Assembly: GCA_029940695.1 (NCBI GenBank)
Contig: JAPYUP010000001.1
Location: 4,912-68,911, forward strand
Reading direction: 5' to 3'
DNA length: 64,000 nucleotides
Source: Candidatus Thalassarchaeaceae archaeon
GTDB taxonomy: Archaea > Thermoplasmatota > Poseidoniia > Poseidoniales > Thalassarchaeaceae
In this document: positions 1 to 9,398 of the stretch, in pieces
Numbering within the stretch: position 1 is the first letter of the stretch
Layout: every line of letters starts with the position of its first letter
The notes under the pieces: generated by a model
The model's input: the letters and a program-made list of their open reading frames with translations, nothing else
Database searches by the model: none
What the model was told of the DNA's origin: nothing
Program-made: the position numbers and the translations under genes

Positions 1-337
1 CAACACCCATAATGAGGAGTTGCACATAATGGGGACGTCCGGAGAGGATGTTAGCAGTGAGGGTTGCTGCACCCTTGACAGTCATTGCCTGGTCGCGCTT
101 GAGCTCGTAGAGTCGCAACTCCGCAGAGAGAATTCGGGACAGTGACTGCGCATGGCCAACTAAGCCCGCGGTAGTCAGAGCGACGTTCTTGGAGATTCGA
201 AACAACTTCTGAACGGACTTGTTAGCAATGAAATGACCCATGGTAGCCCTGTGGTCGGCACCAACAACCACACCGCCGTTGAAGGTGATGGCGACCGTAC
301 TGGTACCTGTCTTGATGGCGTCAATAGTAGCGTCCAT
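1..337 (-). CDS. psmB: Proteasome subunit beta (runs off the window start; not in the ORF track)
   Basis: Manual translation from ATG at 337: MDATIDAIKTG/TSTVAITFNGGVVVGADHRATMGHFIANKSVQKLFRI...LTTAGLVGHAQ...ELRLYEL. This shows a short propeptide, N-terminal nucleophile Thr and the AD.RAT.G motif. Confidence 0.95.
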   Translation of the reverse strand, partial: MDATIDAIKTGTSTVAITFNGGVVVGADHRATMGHFIANKSVQKLFRISKNVALTTAGLVGHAQSLSRILSAELRLYELKRDQAMTVKGAATLTANILSGRPHYVQLLIMGV

Positions 338-495
338 GAGAATCACCGGCGAGGAGGCCGAACGATAATTTCTCGAAATCGCCCCCTTATCAATGCGACG
401 GGAGGGAGTCCTGTCTCTGCGATGAATAGTCAATGAGGTCAATCGTCCGACACACAGCAGAAGGTATCAAGGAAGGAGGGGAGCGCCCCTGAGTC

Positions 496-885
496 ATGAA
501 CGCTAGTGAAGGAGGTCCGAAGTGGGTCGACATGCCCAGCATTTCCAAGATGTCTCTAGGCGGTATCGAAGCAGGGGAGGACTACCACGACCTCGGGATG
601 AAATACCCCGACGCACCCGTTCCGAGGGGAATTGGGGACGTTATTGTCCACAGAGCTATCCTTGACGATATCACCGGCGTGAGCACCCTGATAGACTGGA
701 TCTCCGAAGGCGCGCTAGTGGTCGTCGAGATGACGGATCTTCTTGAAAGGGACATGGAACTGCACTTGGCTGTGAACAAGATTCAGGATTTTGTGGAACG
801 AGACCTCAGTGGTCAAGTGGTCCGACTGGGTCAATCAAGGCTACTCTTGCTCCCTCCGGTGTTCGAAAGCGCTGGAATCGATTAA
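496..885 (+). CDS. sepF: Cell division protein SepF (archaeal type)
   Basis: 129 aa with a C-terminal SepF-like pattern (ISEGALVVVEM...KIQDFV...GQVVRLGQSRLLLLP). It lies next to ZPR1, as is common in euryarchaea. Confidence 0.75.
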   Translation: MNASEGGPKWVDMPSISKMSLGGIEAGEDYHDLGMKYPDAPVPRGIGDVIVHRAILDDITGVSTLIDWISEGALVVVEMTDLLERDMELHLAVNKIQDFVERDLSGQVVRLGQSRLLLLPPVFESAGID

Positions 886-889
886 TCGA

Positions 890-1480
890 ATGAGTGATCG
901 CATGGAGAGCCGGGTCGAACAGCCATGCCCCACGTGCCTTTCGCAAGACGGGTTGACGATGTTGACCCTAACCACAGAAATCCCATACTTCGGAGAGCAC
1001 ACTCAAATCACTCTAATCTGTGACTCATGCGGATGGAAGCATACTGACTTCATACCATCAGAGGGTCTGAAACCCGGTGCTTGGACCCTCCCTCTGGATT
1101 CGGAGGAAAACCTGTCTGCGCGGGTGGTTAGGTCCTCCTCTTGCACCGTCAGAATTTCCGGCTTGGACTTGGAAGTCACCCCAGGAAGCGCATCGAGCGG
1201 TTTCATCTCTAACGTTGAGGGCGTGATTAAACGATTCGAGGATGCCATCAGCATTGTACTGAAGGGCCCTGACAGTGAAATAGACGATGTTAGAGATATT
1301 GCGAACGATTTATTGGAGAAGTTGGAGAGGGTCAAGAACGGTGACTCGAGCGCTGAGATAGTACTTCTCGATCCTCGTGGGAGGAGCCAAATCCTCCATG
1401 CAAAAGCAGTTTCTCGAGACCTCACGGAAGATGAGGTCACCACACTTCAGGTCGGTTACGACCTGCCACACTTGGAGTAG
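890..1480 (+). CDS. ZPR1-type zinc finger protein
   Basis: CPTC...EIPYFGE...CDSCGWKHTD, VVRSSSCTVRI, PG..S.GFISNVEG and LLDPRGRSQI motifs. Start trimmed to ATG 890. Confidence 0.93.
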   Translation: MSDRMESRVEQPCPTCLSQDGLTMLTLTTEIPYFGEHTQITLICDSCGWKHTDFIPSEGLKPGAWTLPLDSEENLSARVVRSSSCTVRISGLDLEVTPGSASSGFISNVEGVIKRFEDAISIVLKGPDSEIDDVRDIANDLLEKLERVKNGDSSAEIVLLDPRGRSQILHAKAVSRDLTEDEVTTLQVGYDLPHLE

Positions 1481-1484
1481 TGCC

Positions 1485-2867
1485 CTATATGGCGTCCGGA
1501 GCAAGGAACTCATCAAGTCGTCCAGCCCATTGATCTCGCTTCTCCTTCAAATCCAATAGCCACTCTGTAGCCATGTCGGTGCAGATCTGCTTAACGTCAC
1601 CGGCAAGGAGCCTGCCACTCTCGTAATTATTCCGTATGTCGTCAAGGATGGAGTCGTCGGGCTCGAAGAAGAACTGAAGGTACTGGAATGCGACATCCTT
1701 CGAGGAATCCCCACCTAGCCTTCGATGTTCCTCAACGGTAGGTTGGCCGCCGCTGTGAGCACGCATGACCTTCTTACTCATCTGTTCTATCTCGTCGTCC
1801 ATGAAGATGGTCGTTTCTGGTCTAGAGGAGGACATTTTGTCACCTGTCATGCCAACGGCAAAACGATGGTATGTTGAGCACGGTGGCATGAGCCCCATCC
1901 CACCCATCTCACGTTCGAGAGCGAGTAGGACCATTCGAATAGATGACCGGTCGGAGAGCGTAGCTCCCGGAATCTCAATAGTACCGTGCTTAGGGTTGAG
2001 CAACAAGTCAGAGAATCCTAATTCCGTCAAAACAGCCTCAATCCTATCGAAGATGGTGGCTCTTACGCCAACATCCAGCTTGCCACCGGGAAGGATTCCC
2101 AGATTGGATGCATTGTCAGCCTGAACAGAAAGGGCAACGGTCATGCCACCGTCCTTGCGTGCATTAACATTGAACCAATTTGTCTTCTGAGTAATGCCCC
2201 TAGTGAGTCTGAGATGGGGGTCTTGGTCGATTCCAACAGGAACTACGATAGGACGCAACCCCCCAAACTCATCGAGCTGAGGATGGATAATGTCACCAGC
2301 TTGTACCAGCGGTGCCTGAACGTGTGCTAGGTTGGTCTCTCCGTTGAATCCATAAATCGCCTCGAACTCAGAGAGGTTGGTTCTGCGACCCATGGTGAAT
2401 GCGAGTCTCTGGACCTCGGGTCGAGAACTCTGGAAATACACGTTAGTGGTGTCTGGATTCAGGCCCAGTGCCGCGTAGTTGTGGACGTATTCGCTAATTG
2501 CCGTCTGGCGGCCCTCCGAAAGAGAGGTGCCCCTCGTGGCAAGGGCCTCGAGATCCGCTACGGTCACGGTGATGTCTGCGCCCTGCTCCTGAAACCAACG
2601 GACTTGGTCGATGACCATGCTGTGACCGAGATGCATTCGACCACTGGGCATCAGGCCTGTGAGCACACCAAAGGGGTCAGACCTCTGGATGCATCCCACC
2701 ACCACATCCAAGTCCCTATGTGCGAAAACGATACCGCGTCGATGCAGCATCCCAGGGTTGGGCAACGATGAGGGGTCTACGGTCTCCAGTCCGAACTGCT
2801 TGATTATGCGATCGTAGTCGGTGGATTGGTCCGATGACCATGGGTCTATGCGGTCACCATTGCCCAT
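1485..2867 (-). CDS. trpS: Tryptophanyl-tRNA synthetase (archaeal type, with insertion)
   Basis: TGLMPSGRMHLGH (HIGH-like), VPVGIDQDPHLRLTR, KMSSS, AHSGGQ. Confidence 0.96.
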   Translation of the reverse strand: MGNGDRIDPWSSDQSTDYDRIIKQFGLETVDPSSLPNPGMLHRRGIVFAHRDLDVVVGCIQRSDPFGVLTGLMPSGRMHLGHSMVIDQVRWFQEQGADITVTVADLEALATRGTSLSEGRQTAISEYVHNYAALGLNPDTTNVYFQSSRPEVQRLAFTMGRRTNLSEFEAIYGFNGETNLAHVQAPLVQAGDIIHPQLDEFGGLRPIVVPVGIDQDPHLRLTRGITQKTNWFNVNARKDGGMTVALSVQADNASNLGILPGGKLDVGVRATIFDRIEAVLTELGFSDLLLNPKHGTIEIPGATLSDRSSIRMVLLALEREMGGMGLMPPCSTYHRFAVGMTGDKMSSSRPETTIFMDDEIEQMSKKVMRAHSGGQPTVEEHRRLGGDSSKDVAFQYLQFFFEPDDSILDDIRNNYESGRLLAGDVKQICTDMATEWLLDLKEKRDQWAGRLDEFLAPDAI

Positions 2868-2912
2868 GTCATCGCGCCAGCAAGGCCCTCAATCAAGGCA
2901 TCGCTCGAATCT

Positions 2913-4037
2913 ATGGGCAAAGCACCGGACCGTTATACCGAAGAGTCTGGGCATCGTCGCCCCGACGTGAGTGTGATTCATTGCCTAGGTGCGGGCCTTG
3001 TTGGTTCATACGTTGCGAGGAAGCTTGCAGATCGTGGCCACGATGTCCATGTACACGACTTCAACCCCCATTGGGGCATCGTCGATTATCGCGGAATAAC
3101 CATCCATCACGGAGATGCACTAGATCACTGCGAGCAGATGTACGAGTTCGGTGAGTTCGACATTGTGGTCAACATGCTACCTGGTGACATAGGGCATGCG
3201 GCAATCGAGATCCTGAACGAATCCCCTTACAGAATCGTCGATCTCAGCTTCAGTAAGTTCACCCCTGACAGGAACCCCGACAAGGCAATAGAATTCGGAG
3301 CAACTATTCTTTGGGACGTAGGCATCGCACCTGGGCTTTCCAACATGCTCCTTGCAGAGGCCTATCGAACGATGGGTCCATTGCTGAAGGCCGAAGTGCG
3401 AGTAGGTGGTAATCCAATTGTCCCCACAGGCGGTTGGAATTACATGGCGCCTTTCTCTCCCAATGACGTCATAGCCGAATACACTCGTCCTGCTAGGGTC
3501 ATTCGAAACTCAGAACAAGTCATCCTACCCGCCCTATCCGAAAGGCACATTATCGATGTTCCAGAGAAAGGTGAGATGGAGGCATTTCTCACTGACGGGC
3601 TACGTAGCGTCCTCAATTCCATCCCAGTCGTTGAGATGTCCGAGTTTACCGTTCGCTGGCCTGGACATATACAACGCTTCATCGACGAGCGCGATGCCGG
3701 CACTCTGTTAGAGGAACAGTTGGTGTCCGAATGGGCATACAACCACAAGACGTCGGAATTCACCTGGATGGAAGTTCGAGCCGAGTCTCATGACGGCACC
3801 ACGATAACATGGCAGTTGCAAGACCACGGTGGTGTCGACGGGCACTCAATGGCAAGATGCACGGGGCTTGTCACTTTGTGCTGCATAGACGAATGGTTAG
3901 ACAATCCCGGCATGCTGCCTCCGGGGGTTCACGCTCCCGAGATGCTCTCGCCAAATGTACTCACTAGAATTCTCGCCACCATGACAAATGAGCGCGTTGA
4001 GGTAGAGGGGCCGATTATCACGAACTCTCTGGGATAA
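2913..4037 (+). CDS. Saccharopine dehydrogenase / lysine 6-dehydrogenase family oxidoreductase
   Basis: Rossmann LGAGLVG, DVGIAPGLSN, FSPNDVIAEYTRPA, EAFLTDGLRS, TVRWPGH, SMARCTG. The true start is probably a GTG near 2967-2973. Confidence 0.88.
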   Translation: MGKAPDRYTEESGHRRPDVSVIHCLGAGLVGSYVARKLADRGHDVHVHDFNPHWGIVDYRGITIHHGDALDHCEQMYEFGEFDIVVNMLPGDIGHAAIEILNESPYRIVDLSFSKFTPDRNPDKAIEFGATILWDVGIAPGLSNMLLAEAYRTMGPLLKAEVRVGGNPIVPTGGWNYMAPFSPNDVIAEYTRPARVIRNSEQVILPALSERHIIDVPEKGEMEAFLTDGLRSVLNSIPVVEMSEFTVRWPGHIQRFIDERDAGTLLEEQLVSEWAYNHKTSEFTWMEVRAESHDGTTITWQLQDHGGVDGHSMARCTGLVTLCCIDEWLDNPGMLPPGVHAPEMLSPNVLTRILATMTNERVEVEGPIITNSLG

Positions 4038-5166
4038 TCGGGGATTTTGTGTCCTTGTTCACCAAATACCGGACTGCAATCGGAACTGCTATCACAACGC
4101 TAATCGCCAAGACTGGAATATGCCACCCAACCTCCTCAGAACTGGGTCGTTCTACGAGCCACGTAAATCGCAATTCAGAATTCTGGAAGTCAGAAGACCA
4201 GTAGAACAGATTGGTGGTATGGTGCCCAACAACTGTAACGGAGTGATGCAGTCCGTTGAAAGTGGACAGCGGTGTTTCAATGAGTGCACCAATCTCGTCT
4301 GACAACTCAATTGTGACTAACTGACCTGGTGAAAGAGTCAGAAGAATTCCTTCCGGGAGTGGTCTCCATCCGACTTGCAGGTGACGAATACCGGAGTCAA
4401 GATTAGGGAATGGGATGGATCCCTCCTTCACGCTAAGAGTCGATTCGCCAAACCCGAGCATAATCGAGCCTGGAACTGACCAACTCTCAGTGTCGTTCAA
4501 ACTGGCGATGATGGTTGAGCCCTCCATCGAAACGTTGATTCTTTGGCCCGCCAGAAAGTGGTGATGCCACTCCCCCCATGTGGTGAACCAAACATCCTGT
4601 TGCTCTAGCCAGAAGATTAGGTCTTTGTCCTCCCTAACCTTTAGATCGTGAATTCTCGCCATCCATTGGATACTGAAGATACTGTTCTGTTCAGCGGACT
4701 CCAACAAAGCCCTGTCAGACAATGTCTTCTCGAGAGTACCCCCGTTGCTCTCGAAGAAAGCGAGCCCATCAGCACCACCAACAGAGCCATCACCGACTAT
4801 CTCGAAGCCAGCATCGATAAGCGCAGACGAAGTATTTGATTCCAAATCTATGCCGCTCAGACCGAACGAGATAGGAGTAGATCCCCATCGAGATGCCTCT
4901 GTTAGGTTAGTCAGATAGTAGCGACAAGCCTCTATGGTCCACGGTTCCTCGTCGATGCCAAGACTCTCGTAGCCATGGCAACCGAACTCATCCCCAAGGG
5001 CTAGACGTTCGGGTCCGAACACATTGGAAAGCCAGTTGTCGGTTTCCCATTCGCCGACAGCCGGTGAGGAAAGCATAGGAAGCAGCAGCAACGCTACTAG
5101 AATGGCTCCTATGGGCTTCCTAGCCACGGCCCACCGTGTTAACGATGGCATTTCACTACTTGCCAT
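4018..5166 (-). CDS. Exported, C-terminally membrane-anchored hypothetical protein (possible degenerate NodB/polysaccharide deacetylase fold)
   Basis: Signal peptide (ILVALLLLPMLSSPAVG) and C-terminal TM helix. EFGCHG and QDVWFTTWGE resemble NodB-domain segments. Confidence 0.6.
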   Translation of the reverse strand: MASSEMPSLTRWAVARKPIGAILVALLLLPMLSSPAVGEWETDNWLSNVFGPERLALGDEFGCHGYESLGIDEEPWTIEACRYYLTNLTEASRWGSTPISFGLSGIDLESNTSSALIDAGFEIVGDGSVGGADGLAFFESNGGTLEKTLSDRALLESAEQNSIFSIQWMARIHDLKVREDKDLIFWLEQQDVWFTTWGEWHHHFLAGQRINVSMEGSTIIASLNDTESWSVPGSIMLGFGESTLSVKEGSIPFPNLDSGIRHLQVGWRPLPEGILLTLSPGQLVTIELSDEIGALIETPLSTFNGLHHSVTVVGHHTTNLFYWSSDFQNSELRFTWLVERPSSEEVGWHIPVLAISVVIAVPIAVRYLVNKDTKSPIIPESS

Positions 5167-5207
5167 GAATCGACAAACTATCAAATGGGGCCCTACGAGC
5201 CACGTCC

Positions 5208-5984
5208 ATGGAGAAGCTGTCAGGGTCGTCATTGGAGACAATTTCCGGTAGCGTGGGGCTTGAGGGAACCGGGGAGTCTTTCAAGACTCCAATATTGTAC
5301 AAGTTCTGCGAGGCCTTCGTTCCAGTCCTCCTCAGGAGCGTCACTAACGTCCACTTCAGGGGACTGGAGAATATACCCCGAGAAGGTGCCGCCATCTTCT
5401 CAGGTAATCACCTATCCAACCTCGATCCGTTCATCAAGATTATCGCTGCCCAGAGGCCCATACATTATCTCGCAAAGGAAGCCCACTTCCAGAGGCAGCC
5501 CCACCGCTTCGTGATGGTTAGTACTGGGCAGATTGAAACATTCAGGGAGACTGGGGCCAAGGATGCATTGGCTAGGGCCGTAGACGTACTGGGTTCAGGT
5601 GGCTGCTTAGGGATCTTTCCAGAAGGCACTCGATCGAGGAAGTCTAATCCCCCATTCTTACAAGATGGCAAGACCGGAGTGGCTCGCCTTGCTGCTAGAT
5701 TCCCAAATATCCCAGTCGTTCCCCTGACTATCATAGGATCGAGGAACTGCATGCCTCCTGGTTCCAAGTTACCGAGGCCGTGGAAGAGGGTCGAGGTAAT
5801 CGTGGATGTCCCCATTACCTTTGCAGATTGGGCTGCTCATTCAGACGGAGGGGGATTGAGTGACGATAACGTTGCTTCTATAGCCGGGCTGTCGTATGAG
5901 GCGAGGGATGCTGCCATGAGAAAACTCTACCGTGGATTCACTGACCAGATAATCGGAACTATGAGGCAAAGGGGAGCCCCCTAG
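5208..5984 (+). CDS. plsC: Lysophospholipid / 1-acyl-sn-glycerol-3-phosphate acyltransferase (PlsC family)
   Basis: NHLSNLD (HX4D), YLAKE, GIFPEGTRS, KTGVARLA, PVVP. Confidence 0.9.
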   Translation: MEKLSGSSLETISGSVGLEGTGESFKTPILYKFCEAFVPVLLRSVTNVHFRGLENIPREGAAIFSGNHLSNLDPFIKIIAAQRPIHYLAKEAHFQRQPHRFVMVSTGQIETFRETGAKDALARAVDVLGSGGCLGIFPEGTRSRKSNPPFLQDGKTGVARLAARFPNIPVVPLTIIGSRNCMPPGSKLPRPWKRVEVIVDVPITFADWAAHSDGGGLSDDNVASIAGLSYEARDAAMRKLYRGFTDQIIGTMRQRGAP

Positions 5985-6029
5985 GCATCGCATCGTTGAT
6001 GAACTACCGACGCACAGGTCAGTAAGCGT

Positions 6030-6824
6030 ATGCAGCAGTATCTAGACTTCCTGCTTCGAATCCTCGATGAGGGCGAGGAGAAGGGCGACCGCACTGGCAC
6101 CGGAACCATCTCGGTGTTCGGTCACCAGATGCGCTTCGACCTATCTGATGGTCTGCCAGCCGTGACCACGAAGAGGGTGCACTGGCCCAGCGTCATCCAC
6201 GAGCTGCTATGGTTCCTCTCGGGGGACACCAACGTTGGCTATCTCCAGGATAACAAGGTCAGAATATGGAATGAGTGGGCCGATGAGGAGGGTGACCTTG
6301 GGCCCGTTTATGGCAAACAGTGGCGCAAGTGGGAGGCCGATGACGGGAGGGTAATCGACCAGATCGAAGAAGCAATCAACCAAATTATCGGCAACCCCCA
6401 CAGCCGTAGAATTATCGTGTCCGCATGGAACGTGGGCGAACTGGAGGAGATGGCGCTGATGCCGTGCCACGCCTTCTTCCAGTTCTACGTTAACGACGGG
6501 AAGCTATCATGCCAACTGTACCAGAGGAGCGCTGATGGCTTTCTAGGAGTGCCGTTCAACATCTCATCCTACAGCCTGCTGACTTGTATGATGGCACAAG
6601 TCTGCGACCTCGACCCGGGTGAGTTCATCTGGACCGGGGGAGACTGTCATCTCTACCTCAACCACCTCGAACAAGCGAGGCTACAGGTATCCCGGGTGCC
6701 TCTCGAGCTTCCCACACTCAGGCTCGACCCCTCTGTAAAATCCATTGACGACTTCAGATTCGAGCACATTGAAATTGGGAATTATATCCATCACCCCCAT
6801 ATTTCCGCACCCATAGCAATCTGA
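6030..6824 (+). CDS. thyA: Thymidylate synthase ThyA (bacterial type)
   Basis: [55 protein letters not shown]. 264 aa. Confidence 0.98.
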   Translation: MQQYLDFLLRILDEGEEKGDRTGTGTISVFGHQMRFDLSDGLPAVTTKRVHWPSVIHELLWFLSGDTNVGYLQDNKVRIWNEWADEEGDLGPVYGKQWRKWEADDGRVIDQIEEAINQIIGNPHSRRIIVSAWNVGELEEMALMPCHAFFQFYVNDGKLSCQLYQRSADGFLGVPFNISSYSLLTCMMAQVCDLDPGEFIWTGGDCHLYLNHLEQARLQVSRVPLELPTLRLDPSVKSIDDFRFEHIEIGNYIHHPHISAPIAI

Positions 6825-6833
6825 AGTGATTCT

Positions 6834-7355
6834 ATGAGGATGGCAATGATAGTGGCGATGGATGAGGATGGACGCATAGGAAAAGGCAACGGACTACCAT
6901 GGAGGCTGGCCGCCGACATGGCTCGGTTCAAACGCTTGACCGAGGGAGACGGATTCAATGCGGTGATAATGGGGAGGAAGACATGGGACTCTTTGCCCGA
7001 CGGGTTTCGCCCTCTGCCAGAACGACTGAACATCGTGATGTCTCGCCACACTGACTGGGCCAATGAAGAGGCCGAGACTGCCCTCTACCCTGGGCGGGCT
7101 ATCGAAATTGCGTATGCGGATGGTTGCGAGGAGTGCTGGGTCATTGGCGGGGCGCAGATCTACGGCATGTACCTAGACAGGGTGGATGAGATTCACGTAA
7201 CCACCGTGCACACCACTGGCAGCGGCGAAGTCTCCTTCCCCAAATGGGACAAGAGCGGTTGGACCGAGGAGACTATCGAAAGCCTCGATGCAGATGATGG
7301 CAACGAGCACTCGACTAGGTATTCGATTTGGACCAGGTCTGGATTCAAAGGATAG
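6834..7355 (+). CDS. folA: Dihydrofolate reductase
   Basis: IG.GNGLPW.L.ADM.RFK, VIMGRKTWDS, RPLPER.NIV.S, VIGGAQIY. Directly follows thyA. Confidence 0.97.
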   Translation: MRMAMIVAMDEDGRIGKGNGLPWRLAADMARFKRLTEGDGFNAVIMGRKTWDSLPDGFRPLPERLNIVMSRHTDWANEEAETALYPGRAIEIAYADGCEECWVIGGAQIYGMYLDRVDEIHVTTVHTTGSGEVSFPKWDKSGWTEETIESLDADDGNEHSTRYSIWTRSGFKG

Positions 7356-7367
7356 TCTTTGTTTCGA

Positions 7368-9029
7368 CTAAGGCGAAACGGTCTTGGATGATACGGTCCT
7401 ATTCTTATAATCAGAGTAGTTTCCAGGCCAAACAATTAGGTTTCCATCTCCTTGTAAATCCCAAATTGTGTCACACACTTTATCTAGGAAAAATCGGTCA
7501 TGACTTACCGTGATAATGCCTCCATCAAACTCATTCAGAGCGGTCTCGAGAGCCTCCTTTGCATCTGTGTCCAAGTGGTTTGTGGGTTCATCGAGCAAAA
7601 GCATATTATTTTCCTCAAGCAGGAGTCTGAGAAGAGCCACTCTGGCCCTTTCACCGCCACTAAGTTTGCTAAGTGGAGTTGAGACCATTTCCTTTGTGAA
7701 TTGAAACTGCCCAAGAAGTGCCCGCACTTTTCCATATTCCATCCTAGGTTTCAATTCCTGAACCTCTTCGATTGGAGTGAGTTTAAAATTTAAGAAGCGA
7801 TGATCTTGGTGGAAGTACCCGATTTGCACCCCGGGACTAATTTCTAGTTTACCGGAGTCAAGATTTAAGTCGCCTGTAATGAGTCTTAGTAGGGTGGTCT
7901 TGCCTGCTCCATTTGGACCTATGACTCCTATTTTCTGACCCCTGCGGACGCTTACTTCTAGATTCTTAATTATTGGCCTTGAAAGAGATTCAAAGGACAA
8001 ACTTGCATCACGGAATTCCAATACTTCCAGACTACTCTTCTCTGCAGATTGGAGATTGAAATTTAGACTCTGGCGCTGCTTTGGTTTCAAAGATTTCAGC
8101 CATTTTAACTCCCGTTGGGAGCGTGAAATCATGAAATGTTTCTGAGATACCGATTTGTCGAACTTGTTCGCTCTCTTCATCGATTGCATAGCCCCTTTAA
8201 GACGCTTGATTTCCTTCTGAGTTTTTACAATCCGATCATTCAATGTCCGTAAGAAGATTTCTTTCTGTTTTAGAAATGATGTATAGTTTCCTGGATAGGC
8301 ACGAAGATGCGAATCCTGGATCTCGACGATGTTATTGCAGACTCTATCAAGGAAATACCTGTCATGGCTAACTATCATCAATGCACCATCAAATCTGTTT
8401 AGGAACCTCTCAAGCCACTCTAAAGTATTGAAGTCAAGGTGATTCGTTGGTTCATCAAGGAAGAAAACTTCAATTTGACTTAGCCCGACCAGTTGTCTGG
8501 CAAGAGCGACTTTTGCGCGCTCACCGCCAGAGAAAGAAATTAGTGGCACCTCCATCGAGTTTTGATCGAGATTCAGTGCCTTGAGAATCTCCTGGGCATG
8601 CCCGGCGACGTCGCTTCCCCCTGATCGAGCCATCAAACTTTGCAACTCTTGATATCTTTCCATGTCTGGCTGCCAGTCGCCCTCATAGAACGATGGCTTC
8701 TCCATTTTTTCTTCGAGTTCAGAGATTTCTTCCTCTAGCTCTAGAAATTGTCGCCCTCTGCGACTAAGTTCCTGCCTCAGAGTCGCACCGTCGTCTATGT
8801 CTCTAATTTGTGTTAGGAAGGCTAGCCTCAATGCCGGGGCGAAGGAAATGTCTCCAAGATCCTGATCTTGGTTACTGATAGTTCTGAGAAGTGTAGTTTT
8901 TCCTGATCCATTGTGTCCTATTACACCAATACGATCACCTTCGTCAATGCGTAAATTTACCCCATCTAGAACTGTCAGTGGACCGAAGGCCCTGTGAACT
9001 TCTTCAAGACGAATCAACTCTCTGGCCAC
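7368..9029 (-). CDS. ABC-F family ribosome-associated ATPase
   Basis: Two ABC domains (GHNGSGKT / FSGGE / LDEPTNHLD / VSHDRYFLD and GPNGAGKT / LSGGE / LDEPTNHLD), a YPGNY linker and no TM segments. Confidence 0.95.
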   Translation of the reverse strand: MARELIRLEEVHRAFGPLTVLDGVNLRIDEGDRIGVIGHNGSGKTTLLRTISNQDQDLGDISFAPALRLAFLTQIRDIDDGATLRQELSRRGRQFLELEEEISELEEKMEKPSFYEGDWQPDMERYQELQSLMARSGGSDVAGHAQEILKALNLDQNSMEVPLISFSGGERAKVALARQLVGLSQIEVFFLDEPTNHLDFNTLEWLERFLNRFDGALMIVSHDRYFLDRVCNNIVEIQDSHLRAYPGNYTSFLKQKEIFLRTLNDRIVKTQKEIKRLKGAMQSMKRANKFDKSVSQKHFMISRSQRELKWLKSLKPKQRQSLNFNLQSAEKSSLEVLEFRDASLSFESLSRPIIKNLEVSVRRGQKIGVIGPNGAGKTTLLRLITGDLNLDSGKLEISPGVQIGYFHQDHRFLNFKLTPIEEVQELKPRMEYGKVRALLGQFQFTKEMVSTPLSKLSGGERARVALLRLLLEENNMLLLDEPTNHLDTDAKEALETALNEFDGGIITVSHDRFFLDKVCDTIWDLQGDGNLIVWPGNYSDYKNRTVSSKTVSP

Positions 9030-9280
9030 ACCCCTCCGCGAGAGTCCCCCCTACAAGTAACCGATTGACTCGGGGGTGATTCATAGATACCCATTGAGTC
9101 ACATACGCATCATATGATTTGAGAAGTGCCCCTTTGAACGGCAACACTTCAGAGTGGTTTCAATCGATGAAGTCACCTCCTCTTCTCTAGCCCCTGAAAG
9201 GACCCACTGATAGTCTACAGATTGCCTGCACAACCACATGGACCTAAGGACAAACACATTGATTCGTTAGTTAATCTCTT

Positions 9281-9302
9281 GAATCATGTTTCGACAAGAT
9301 TC
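9281..9302. promoter_or_regulatory. Imperfect palindrome, candidate transcription-factor operator
   Basis: GAATCATGT-TTCG-ACAAGATTC (8/9 arm match) about 100 bp upstream of the ORF at 9399. Confidence 0.35.
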
Positions 9303-9398
9303 CCATCTGACCTTTTGCGGGTTATTTCACCTATATTCACGCATTTTGACCCTATGATGATATGGTTTTGCAGGCTATGGGTTGTTAGGTGAGCAAAG

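Noticed and set aside
290-310. Proteasome beta N-terminus TST rather than TTT as a sign of inactivity
   Set aside because: The catalytic Thr1 after the Gly cleavage site is intact. Variation at position 2 is tolerated.
9099-9239. 46-aa minus-strand ORF (MWLCRQSVDYQW...) upstream of the ABC-F gene, as a possible leader peptide
   Set aside because: It has no recognisable motif, SD or positioned TATA-like box, so it cannot be distinguished from a chance ORF.
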